64,000 nucleotides of DNA. Source: Neoconidiobolus thromboides FSU 785. Taxonomy: Eukaryota > Fungi > Entomophthoromycota. A program made the translations under genes and the position numbers. Of this stretch, positions 51,408 to 64,000 are shown piece after piece. The number at the start of each line of letters is the position of its first letter. Position 1 is the stretch's first letter. The stretch covers positions 80,078 to 144,077 of the forward strand of contig MU626291.1 in the NCBI GenBank assembly GCA_025603075.1, in the 5' to 3' direction. The notes below the pieces were generated by a model, which was given only the letters and a program-made list of their open reading frames with translations, did no database searches and had not been told where the DNA came from.

Positions 51408-51505
51408 TATAGGGATGTTTTTGTTTAAGAAATATATCAACTTTTTTCCTCTTGGCAGCATTCAGACAATGCAATAATAAATGAAATCAAAAAAATATCC
51501 TCATA
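51408..51505 (-). mobile_element. MITE-like family A, copy 18 (diverged)
   Basis: tatagggatgtttttgtttaag...atgaaatcaaaaaaatatcctcata. Confidence 0.65.
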
Positions 51506-51849
51506 ATATTCACAGATATAAATTAAAAACTTTGAAGCTGATGATCTAATTTAAATTAATTAGATGAAAACAACTATTATTAATAACAATATTTTTTTTA
51601 AGTTTCTAGAATTTTTCAAAAATTTCACAATTCTAAATGGAAAATTTGTAGTAGAGTTGTAGAACTGCAACAGTAAAAATATTCAACATATTGATTTATT
51701 ATTTAGATAAATTTAAAATAACAGCAAGTAAAAATTACCAATGTAACTAGTAGCTATTTTTAATGATAGAACCTATAAATGTAAAAGGAGATTATAATAA
51801 AACTTGCTCAATATGATTTTTTTTTAAATTAAAAATAAAAGCAAGAAAC

Positions 51850-51922
51850 GCCTTCTTGGCTCAGTTGGCAGAGCGTCCGCCTAGTAAGCGGAAGGTCATT
51901 GGTTCGATTCCGATAGAAGGCA
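51850..51922 (+). tRNA. tRNA-Thr (anticodon AGT), intronless
   Basis: GCCTTCT/AGAAGGC acceptor stem, GCTC/GAGC D-stem, TCCGC-CT-AGT-AA-GCGGA anticodon arm, GGTTCGATTCC T-arm; 73 nt. Confidence 0.97.
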
Positions 51923-51937
51923 TTGTTACTAATATCA

Positions 51938-51945
51938 TTTTTTTT
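51938..51945 (+). terminator. Pol III oligo-dT terminator of tRNA-Thr
   Basis: T8 run 15 bp downstream of the tRNA 3' end. Confidence 0.75.
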
Positions 51946-52546
51946 AAATGTAATTCTCTCTATTCTAGTCAGTTGAATTTTGAACTACTTCATATCCTCA
52001 ACAATAAAATACTTAGAGCTATATTCCTTTAAGAATTTAAAACACTTAATGATGTGTGTTTTTATAATTGTAACTTTATTTTTAAGTGTTTTTTTATCGA
52101 AGATTTTTACGCTCAGTAACACCTAAAAAAATGAACAAAATTATACCTAAAATCTATTTTAAAAAATAATGTATTCACTCTAATTATTTTAATAAAGCTG
52201 AATGTAATTATTGACCAATAAGATAAGGAATATTGAGTAGACTTAGATAGTTTGATAGGAATTGACATCGCCAATTCCTCTACAAAGATCTATTAAAAGA
52301 TAAACTGGGCCATTTTGGTTTACGATTAAACATTTAAATGCTACAATTCAATTTTACTAAAATCTCATGCTCCCATAAAAAGTTCGAAGTTTAATCCTCA
52401 TTTAATTGGTTAAAAAAACGAAGAATCAAAATTATCGATAAAAAGCAAAGAGATTGATTGATCAAATTTTAACCAAATTTGAAGATAATCTAAGATTTAA
52501 ATTTTCAAAAATCAAGCTTTTTAGATTTTTATTTAAAAATTAGAAA

Positions 52547-54237
<1,691 letters not shown>

Positions 54238-54500
54238 AGAATATTCTATTTTTTGAATCTATAAAGTGATATTTTATTTTTTTATATTTGTTTAAATTTC
54301 CTTTATGAGTTTATAATTGATAAATAAAATAAAAATTATTGGATTATTTTTTTAAAATGGAATAAAGGTGAGTCATTTTTTGTAAAGAAAAATAGGTTTG
54401 GAAATTTTTTAAAAGTATAAAAAAAAAGAGGTGGCTTAGTTTTAAAATTTTTAACATTTAACTTTTCAACTTTTAAATTAACAACTATTTTAAATAAAAA

Positions 54501-55211
54501 ATGAAGTATATTAGTACCCGTAGTACCGATTCCAATGAAACTCATGGATTTGAACAAGTAGTTTTACAAGGTTTAAGTCCAGATGGTGGTTTATTTATAC
54601 CTCAACAGTTACCACAATTAACTTCTGAACAGCTTTCTATATTAAAAGAAAAAAGTCATAACTTTAATGATCTTGCCTTTGAACTTTTATCCTACTTTAT
54701 TCCAACCTCTGAGATCGATAGTGTTTCATTGAAATCCATCATTAAAAAATCATTCACTAGCTTTACTCATGAAAAAGTGACTCCTTTAGTTAAAGTAGGC
54801 GAAATAGATATCTTGGAATTATTTCATGGTCCTACCTTTGCATTTAAAGATGTAGCATTACAGTTTTTGGGCAATTTATTTGAATTTTTTTTAGCTAAAA
54901 AAGAGAATTTTAAACTTACCGTAGTCGGTGCAACTTCGGGGGATACTGGTAGGTAAGTTATATGAAGAAGAATTTATTTTATAATTTTTATAATATGTAT
55001 AACAAATCTAATAGTTGATAATAATATATTAAAATTTCTTTTTAACTTAGTGCTGCTATCTATGGTTTAAGAAATAAACCTAATATTAATGTATTTATAT
55101 TACATCCTTATAATAAAGTAAGTAAAATACAAGAAGCTCAAATGACTTCGGTATTAGATAAAAATGTTTATAATTTAGCAATTGATGGTACATTTGATAA
55201 TTGTCAGGTAA

Positions 55212-55253
<42 letters not shown>

Positions 55254-56282
55254 CTATATTATAAATTTTATAATCTATATTTATTTTTTAATATTTAGGA
55301 TATTGTCAAAGGCTTATTTTTAGATCAAGAATTAAATCAACAGCTCAACTTAGGTGCTGTCAATTCTATCAATTTTGCACGTATATTAGCACAGACAATT
55401 TATTATTTTTATTCTTATTTTGAGCATCAACGTAATCACCCAGATTCCACTAACACTATCAATTACTCTGTCCCTACTGGAAACTTTGGAGATATATTAG
55501 CAGGATATTATGCTAAACAAATGGGATTACCGATTAATAAATTAATAATAGCAACTAATAAAAATGATATATTATATCGTACTTATGAGACTGGTATTTA
55601 TGATAAATCAAATCAAGTACAGCCTTCTCTTTCACCTGCTATGGATATTTTAATATCATCAAATTTCGAAAGATTGATTTATCATCTGACTTTGAAGTTA
55701 GAAAAGGATAGTGTAAAGACAGGAGAGAAGATGAAGAGTTGGATGACTGAATTTAAAGATAGTCATAAAATTCAATTTTCAAAGGAGTTTATGCAATTAT
55801 TAAAACAAGATTTCTTAGCTTTTAGAGTCGATGATGAAGAGGTAAAAAGTTTATTGAATAATATCATAATTATAATTATAACGTATTGATGTAATTTTAA
55901 TTTAGATTGTTGAAACTATCAAAGAATGTTATCAAACAAATAAATATTTATTAGATCCACATACTGCTGTTGGTTACAAAGCAGCTAATTATTATTTTAA
56001 ACAAGAGTAAATCCATTATCAATGACAATAATAATATACTAACAAATTAATAGCAATTTGCCTATTATTACTTTAGCTACTGCTCATCCAGCTAAATTTG
56101 AAAATGCTATTAAATTAGCTATTTCCAACTTTGAATCTTTTGATCAAATTATGTTTCATGGCTATTTACCACAACCTTTTTATAACTGGATGCAAAAAGA
56201 TTTTGCAAAAAATGTTAATAGATTGGAACAACCAGATAGTAAAAAGGTCAAGGAATTTATTTTGCAAAAGTTAAAGGAATAA
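54501..56282 (+). CDS. THR4: Threonine synthase, multi-exon
   Basis: MKYISTRS, GLSPDGGLFIP, LELFHGPTFAFKDVALQ, ATSGDTG, VNSINFARILAQ, SVPTGNFGDILAG, SPAMDILISSNFER, LATAHPAKF. Confidence 0.96.
55212..55253. repeat. (AAT)n microsatellite in a THR4 intron
   Basis: About 14 perfect units directly after the gtaa donor. Confidence 0.85.
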
Positions 56283-56483
56283 ATGGACTTAATTTTATTT
56301 TATAATAAATAATAGTTTATTTTATTAGTTTATGATTTTCAAAGTCTGACTTTTTTATTATATTTGTTTTTTTCAAGAATAATTTTTTTAATTTTTTTAA
56401 TTTTTTTTGATTGATCTAGTAAATTTATTATTTTCGTATTTTCTAGAATTTAATTTTTCTTTTTTAATAATAAAATATAAATT

Positions 56484-57764
56484 ATGCCAACGATTAGTCC
56501 AACAATTAATAAACCGATAAAACAAAAATCAACTCCTCTCTATGAAAAACTTCAAGAATTACCCTTTACTATTTATTACATGCTTCATGAACTATTTACC
56601 GATATTATAAGTAACCCATGGATAACTATGATTATTCAAGAATATTTAAGGTAAATGAAATTAATTTAATACAAATTATTAAAATTTAATTAACTAATTT
56701 TAAATCTAGTTTATTTTTAGCTTTAATAATTCATTTCATTGTAATTATAAACTTATTAGATTATCATCAACTTTCAAGTCAATTAGATACTTCAATAACT
56801 AACAGTTATCTTATTAATCTTATTAATACATCAACTGTTTATTCAATACAACATCAATTATCAAGTAACGGAATTAAAATTATTTTAATGTTAATAATAA
56901 GTTTGGGAAATACAATCTATTTTTTTAAAGGAGTTAAAACTTATTCTTTGTTCTTTACGGATGTTAATGAAAAACTAGTGGATATTGAAACAGGCTATTT
57001 TAAATCTAAAAGTTTAAGAGTAAAGAGATTATATCATAAAAACAAATGGTGGTGGGATTGGTGGAGGTAAATATTTTAAGTTTCAAATGAAGTTTAATGA
57101 GGATAAATTAATAATTGATTTTTAATTTTAGCAATAAAAAAATAGATTTAACAAATACGAAAGATAGTTATATTGAATTAAGAATGTGGGATATTGATAA
57201 TTTAAAGTTTTATAAAAATTTATTTTGGTAAGTTTATTAGAGGAACTATTATTGTTATTTAATTATTAATATTTTTTATTTTGCTAGTTATTGTTCCCCA
57301 TTACATTTAATAATTTATTTAATTATAAAAGATAATACGGATTTAATAATGATATTAACATTTAATTCAATGTTGAGTTTTATGGTAAGTTGTAATATAC
57401 TCTTGTTTATTCATTACATTCATGATTAATAATTACCTAATTATAGTTAAAATATTTAATCTCGCAATATTTACAATTAATTCAAGATAAAGAAATCTTA
57501 TATTCTCAAGTACAAAGAGAATATAATTTAAAATCTGTTTATCCAACTTATCAGAAATATGAAATATTAAGAAATACGGAATCTATTAGAGAAAAAGCAT
57601 TAAATAGAGCTAAACAAAAAGTTAATAATATTAGGAAAGAAATTGTTAATAATAAGTTTGAAAGTAATGAAGAGAGTGATAGCAGTTTTAGTGATAATAG
57701 TGATATTTCGAATACTTATTCTGGTATTTCAATTGGTTATTCATCTGCTGTGGAATTGAAGTAA
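56484..57764 (+). CDS. Nur1/Mug154-like nuclear-rim membrane protein, multi-exon
   Basis: TM segments followed by KTYSLF, LRMWDID, YCSPLH and DKEILYSQVQREYNLKSVYP, which resemble the Nur1/Mug154 family pattern. Confidence 0.65.
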
Positions 57765-57942
57765 ATGTTTTTTGTTAGCCTATTAAATTTATTATCATCT
57801 ATTTAATTCATCTCTTGATTTTCATTACTAATATAATATAATAAGTAAATGTAACAAATAAATGAATTTAAAGTTTAGGTATAGAATTCTTATTAAAATG
57901 ATTAAAAAGCAAATTAGGATAGAATACTGTTACTAAAATCAT

Positions 57943-59166
57943 TCAATAATTCTTGTTATTTTGAATAATCCAACTATTTCCTAAATAAATACCAGGTGTT
58001 GGTGAATGCGGTTTTTTAGTTAATGAATAATCTACTCGTATTTTTCGATTATGTAAATACTAAAATAAAAATTTGATTACAATTAATGATTCATTAATTA
58101 ATAAAACAATTACTTTTCCATCCATCATTCCTTTAGCTTTAGTAGCATCCGATACAGTTGTGTATTTAATAAATCCAAACCCACGAGATTTATTAGTCTT
58201 ATATAGTGAATCAAATAAGAATATATATTGTTTGTAACAATAATAACTTACAAATCGGTCGTAAATTAATTTAATACTTATAATATCACCAAAAGGTAAA
58301 AATTCTTTTTCTAAATCATTTTCATTTGTAGATGAGTTTAATCCAAAGATACCTAATATTTTAGATGGCTTTGCAGCTTCCTTGTTATTTATTAGTACTT
58401 TTTCTTATAAATAATTTATTTATAATCAATACCATTTGTTTTATATGATTATCATATCTTTTGGTTGTATGATAATGATAATTATAATAACTTTCATTTA
58501 TTAATATCCTATTTTATATTGATTCTTATATTAGTATACCTATATTTTTTATGACTATAATTATAGGGACTTCTAGAACGAGATCTGAAAATTACTTATT
58601 TTAAAAATAATTTAAATTAATTAATTATTACCTATAATAATTTGTATATCTTTTATTTAAATATCTAGTATCTTTTGGACTAATAGATCTTGATCTTGAT
58701 CTATAACTATTAAGATTATATTATATTAATACATTAAAATGTTTACCTTGAATGGTATTTACTATTATAATCATTTGAATAATTAGATTCACATCTAAAA
58801 TAATAAAAATAAAATATTGAATTTTTATTAATTTGTTAATACCTTTTATATTTATGATCTTTATAGCTACTTGAAGTATTTGATCTTAAACAAAAGCTAA
58901 ATAAGCTCCTTTTACATTTTATTCTTATATTTACCTATTATAATCATTATAGCCACTATTTGATATTATAATTATTAATATTAATAAAATGATGATTAAT
59001 TATCTCACTTTTTAAATATTTTTTTAGTCAAATAAGATTTATTGATTCCATCTGAATAATTATCTCTTGAATCCAATTCATCATCAGTACTGTGATAAAT
59101 CTTTTGAAAAAAAGGATAGCCAATTTAATTTATTACCAAAACTTAAATTACCTTTTCTTTTTCCAT
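57943..59166 (-). CDS. Transformer-2-like RRM/RS splicing factor, multi-exon
   Basis: RS-like segment (RSRSRSISP), then RRM ILGIFGL...FGDI...IYDRF...SRGFGFI followed by [23 protein letters not shown], matching the Tra2 C-flank [23 protein letters not shown]. Confidence 0.8.
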
Positions 59167-59292
59167 AATATTAAAAATAAAAACTATTAAACCCTTTCCT
59201 TTCTTACCAACTATATATACCTTCAATGTAAATGCATTATTTAAAATAACGATACAAAAAAAATGCATTTTTAATTAATTTTTAATTAATTT

Positions 59293-61569
59293 TTATTTAC
59301 CAATACAAAAGCCTTTAAATAATTGATCTAGTACTTGATCATGGGTAATTATACCTGTTATATTACCAATTTCTTGTGCTACTAATTTTAAATGCTCAGA
59401 AGCTAATACAATATCTATATCTATAATATCTAATTTTATATCATTAGTATTAATATTAATATTAGTATTAATATATATTATTATTTAATAATGAGTAATA
59501 AGTTATTAACTATTATCATTTATTATATCATTATTATTATTACTCTTACCTAAAAATAATTGTAGTTCTTGTTTGGCTCTATTTAAATGAATACGATGTC
59601 TTTCATTTGTTATTATACTTGATTTTAATACATTGTCTTCAAATCTATATAAATAAAACAAAATTAACTCATTACATTATAACAAACAGAGTAATAGAAT
59701 TTACTTATTTTTTAAATAATTTGATAGTTCATTTAAAAACTCATTCAAATTTTGATTGTATTTACAAGAGATAAATATATAATTTAATATAATCTCATGT
59801 TGATTAAATATTTCCTTTAGATATTCTTTAATTTTTTGTTTTTCAATTTCATTTATATTTTCTGATTTATTAATTAATATCATTGTTGGTATTTTTAAAT
59901 TTAATTTATCATTATTTAATAATTTATTATTGTTGTTATTTAATAACTCCATCCCATCAAATACTAATAAATTAATATCCGAATTATCCCCTCTAAAGTT
60001 AAGTAAGCATTATTAATAAATGTATTATTAATAAATATGTTATTATTAAATATGTTATTATTAAATATGTTATTATTAAATATGTTATTATTATACTATA
60101 TTATATTATATTATTAAATAATCATTCTTACATTTTCAAGGCTCTTTTAACTCCTTCTTTTTCAATTGGATCCAAGGTATCTCTAATTCCAGCCGTATCA
60201 TTAATAACCAATGGTAAACCATCTAAATTAATAGTTCCGCTGACAATATCTCTTGTTGTTCCTGGGATATTAGAAACTATTGCTAACTCTTTTTGAACTA
60301 TTATGAAAATAAAATAAAATATTATTATTATTATTATTATTATTACCAAAATAATTCAATAAACTAGATTTTCCAGCATTAGGCGGGCCTAAGATTGTTA
60401 ATTTAATACCACTCGTTAAGATCTCTCCTCTTCTTTGGTCATTTAAATAATAGTCCATTTGTTTTAAGACCTCAATCCCATTCTCTTTAGCTATGATAAA
60501 TTAAAATTGAAAATAAGATTAAAAAGTTACAAAAATTATTCATAAAATAATACTTACCTCTATTTAAAACCATACTATCAATTTCTTCATCTTCTGAAAA
60601 ATCAATAAAAGCTTCCAATGTAGCTAAACTATCAATTATTTGAGTTCGAATATTATCATAAATCTTTTTGGTTTCTCCCTATAATATAAAAGTTTACGAA
60701 GTTTTTGTTAATCTCACTTATATATAATTTTTTTATAACAAAGTAACTTACTGATACTTGTTTTAATGCCAATTTCAATTGTGCATCCGTTTCTGAGTTT
60801 AATAAATCTTGTAAACCTTCTACTTCTGTTAAGTCCAGTTTATTATTAAAAAAGGCTCTAAATAAAAAAATTATTAACATCCACTTTATTGCCTTCCTCA
60901 TCAAACCATCTTACCTTTTAATAAACTCTCCATTTTCCGCTACTCTGTAAACAAATTTGTCTTCATTCCTACTATCAGATCCATTCAACTCTTCAATTCC
61001 CTTTAATACTTTTTTTACTACCGCTAAGCTACCATGTAAATTAAATTCGACTATATCTTCCCCAGTAAATGTATTTGGTCCTTTAAAATAACATATCATT
61101 CCGTAATCCACTGTCGATTGAAATCTAGGTTCAATGATTTTACAATAAGTCATTTTTCTTTCGATTATTTGAATTTCCTTGTCCGAAGTTTTCTTTCTTG
61201 TAAGTTGTTTTAATGCCTAATTAAAGAAAAACAAAAATTGATGATGAATTAGTAAGTGAAGTAATGAATTAATGAGAATTGAATGTTGATTTTGAACATT
61301 GTAGATTGTAGATTGTAGATTATAAATATTAAAAAAATACTTACCGATAACGAACCTGGTCCCGATAACCTGATTACAGCTATACCAGACTTCACCGCGG
61401 CAGTGGATAAAGCATATATAGTATCCTTGTTATTATTGGTCCTTGTATAATGGGAATAGTGACGATGGGTTGGTAATAAACTAGTATAAACTTTTCTACT
61501 TATTCTTATAACATTAAAGTTAATTTTAAATTGTGTTAGTTTTGTTATTGTTAGTAGTTTCATGTTCAT
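59293..61569 (-). CDS. MSS1: Mitochondrial tRNA modification GTPase (MnmE/Mss1/GTPBP3), multi-exon
   Basis: DTIYALST...[70 protein letters not shown] and terminal FCIGK*. Confidence 0.95.
60032..60091. repeat. 15-bp x4 minisatellite in an MSS1 intron
   Basis: (taaatatgttattat)4. Confidence 0.8.
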
Positions 61570-62680
61570 GGCTAATAAGTTATTTTATGCTTTTTTTTTC
61601 TATATTAAAGATTAAAAATGAATTAAACAAAATCTATTTTTTAAAATCATTAAACTAAAATATTAAAATTTCATGAGGTTTATTTTATCCCTTAATTGGA
61701 TATTTAATATTGACTTAATAAAGGGTATTAGAAGATATCAAATTGTTGCTTTATTAGATTTAAAAAGCAGATAAATAAATAAATAATTATAATAGTTTAT
61801 TTTTTATAGTTTCAAAGGCCTAAGGGGAGAAGCTTTGTGTTTATTAATTTAAAAGAACAAGGATAGAGCAAAGCTTAAGAGGGAATAAAGTCAAATAAGG
61901 GGCGAGCTCTAAAGAAGTTAGTAAAGGCCTCCACTATATTGGAATTAAGATCAACCATGAAAGTGGGAATTGATACTTTGATAGTATCTTTTTCGCTGTG
62001 AGTAAGTATGCAGTGGAAAACTTGAGTTTAGTAAGAATGAGGTTTATGAATTTGGAACAGAGAATCATATATGATTTGAATTCATCTGATTTAGTGTACA
62101 TGTATCAGCCTTAAAATATTCCTAGGTTATTAAGATATTACTTCTGATACTCGAATCGAAAAGACTTTACCTTCAATCCAAAACTTCAAACTTAGAAGGA
62201 TAACTACCAATAGTAATCAACTTATCCTTCTAATCTTTACATCCTGATTGGTTAGTAAATAGTTTTCTAAAATTATCAGTCAGTATTTGATATAAGTATC
62301 TCCAAAGGTCAAATTGCTATTTATAAGTAAACTATTCTTTAGGTTGCGTCTTAACAATATATTTAATCAACTGATTAAATAGAAACAAATATGAACTTCA
62401 GAAGGCCAGTATGGATTAAAACTACCACTAGAGTAACGACAATATGGAGACTCCCTGTAGAGACATACTGAATACCAACTTTAAACTATATTTACCAATA
62501 TAATCAACCAAGTGTGAAAACTAAAACTAACCGAAAAGGCTAAACAAAAAGCTTGACTAACTTGAATAGCATCTCCAAGATTTGAATCTGAAAATAGTAA
62601 AAATATTTACATCTAATTGGCTTTACTATCATTTGCTTTGGTTGATAAAATAAGCCATTTGCAGATTTTGAAATTTACTA

Positions 62681-62782
62681 AATAGATATGCTTTTTTTGG
62701 CTTCATTATTTTTCCATTTTTTAAGTACTATTTGAGCGGAAAATTTGTTAGTAAAATTCTTAAACACGAAATACATCCCCAT
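62681..62782 (+). mobile_element. MITE-like family A, copy 19
   Basis: ttttggcttcattatttttccatt...ctatttgagcgg...atacatccccat. Confidence 0.82.
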
Positions 62783-63110
62783 CTTTTATTTTACCTAGTG
62801 CTTAAAAACTACTTTTCTATAAAAAAATTTTAAATAGTTATTAACTATGTGAAATCTGGTACTCAGTGCTTGAAGTTAATAACAGCTATTACCTGGTTGA
62901 CTACACTATAAGTCAAAAGGTCTTAATTTATGTGACTAAGGTAGCCTTGAATTATTAAGAATAGTATGTAATAGACTACAGACTATGTAAGATAAGTAGA
63001 ATAAATAATAATAATGTAAAATCTACATAAAATACTATTAAATAAACTTAGTGGCTTTATTAAACGTTCGAAATATCAGGGAATAATTCAGTTAAAAAGC
63101 CTCGAGCTAC

Positions 63111-64000
63111 TATACTCTAAAATTTCTTTTATACTTCAACAAGTATAAATATCAAAATGAGAAGATAATATTCTTTGGGATGGAGCTAGAAATTCTCATA
63201 TCAAATCAAACTAAGAACGTGGGATTGACTTTCTCTGAACTCGAGAACACAACAGCTTAAGTGATTATTATGCTATAATTAACCATGGGACTGACAGAGC
63301 GATATTTTACAACAAGTTATACCAGTAAAAGTTTTGGTAGTCCTAGAATTTCTATTAAACTTAGTGGAAATTCAACTAATTTAATACAAATTATTTATAG
63401 TATAAAACTGCGTTAAACACTTTTACTTTTAATAAAAAATAAACTTTTATGGAATTTTAAGCAAAGTCCTTAAAATACCAATTTTTTAGAAATTAGATAA
63501 AAATGAAACCAATTTAGACATCCCTATACAATAAAAAGTATTTGATAATAATGTTTAAAAATATAATTTGCTTTTTATAAAAAATAATATATAGTAAGGT
63601 TTTTTGATGTCATCACTTTTTTTATAAGTATTATTTGAGTAAAAAAGCTATTAGTAAAATCCTTAAACAAAAAAATACATCCATATATATCACACTTAAA
63701 ATGCTTTTTGTTATTATTAATAAAATAAATATAAAAATTAAAACTTAATTAAAAGAGTTTATAAATGTTTTATATCCATTTTGTAAAATTTTAATAGATA
63801 AAAAAATATTTAAATTTATACAATTTTACTGTTTTTTATTTGTCTTATTCTTTTACTTAAAACTGTGAAATATCGCTTCGTCAGTCCCATGGTTAATTAT
63901 TTTGATTTGTTATGAGAATTTCTAGCTCCATCCAAAAGAATATTATCCTCTCATTTTGATATTTATACTTTTCAGAGTATAAAAGAGTTTACAGAGTATA
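63111..64000. repeat. Long inverted repeat (foldback-type element); may extend past the window end
   Basis: 63111-63210 matches the reverse complement of 63901-64000 at 89/100 without gaps. After a 64-bp left-arm insert (63211-63274), 63275-63310 matches the reverse complement of about 63865-63900. Confidence 0.85.
63588..63688 (+). mobile_element. MITE-like family A, copy 20, nested in the 63111-64000 inverted-repeat element
   Basis: tatatagtaaggttttttgatgtcatcac...tatttgagt...ccttaaac...tacatccatata. Confidence 0.72.

Noticed and set aside
52070-52150. Possible 21st, highly degraded family-A copy
   Set aside because: Only partial core similarity (tttttacgctcagtaacacctaaaaaaatg) and no TIRs; not supportable by eye.

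Overview
A very AT-rich, intron-rich eukaryotic window, read here as an early-diverging fungus, plausibly Entomophthoromycotina/Conidiobolus-like. That is an inference from gene content, short GT-AG introns, Asn-rich proteins and a secreted trypsin; it is not a database match. It holds about 20 protein genes, one amidase pseudogene spanning a 100-N gap, and one tRNA-Thr(AGT). Two compartments stand out. Tight, intron-rich housekeeping blocks carry CDC7, CBF5, an AP180/ANTH protein, SER3, ELP6, an Ank-DIL protein, NDUFV1, THR4, Nur1/Mug154, a Tra2-like protein and MSS1. A loose region at 20-52 kb carries mostly intronless enzymes (S9 peptidase, NADP-ADH, UGT, three amidases, trypsin) and an ODC paralogue. 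Top observations: (1) a ~105-bp terminal-inverted-repeat (TIR) element present 20 times, all intergenic, singly, in tandem and as inverted pairs; (2) an ODC homologue that keeps the PLP-binding barrel but has lost C360, D361 and D332, so it is antizyme-inhibitor-like or has a new specificity; (3) an amidase pair sharing a probable gene-conversion tract, revealed by exactly 95-bp identical flanks on both sides of the gap; (4) two further TIR-bounded elements. All coordinates and alignments were made by eye. Multi-exon gene boundaries are approximate and no searches were run.
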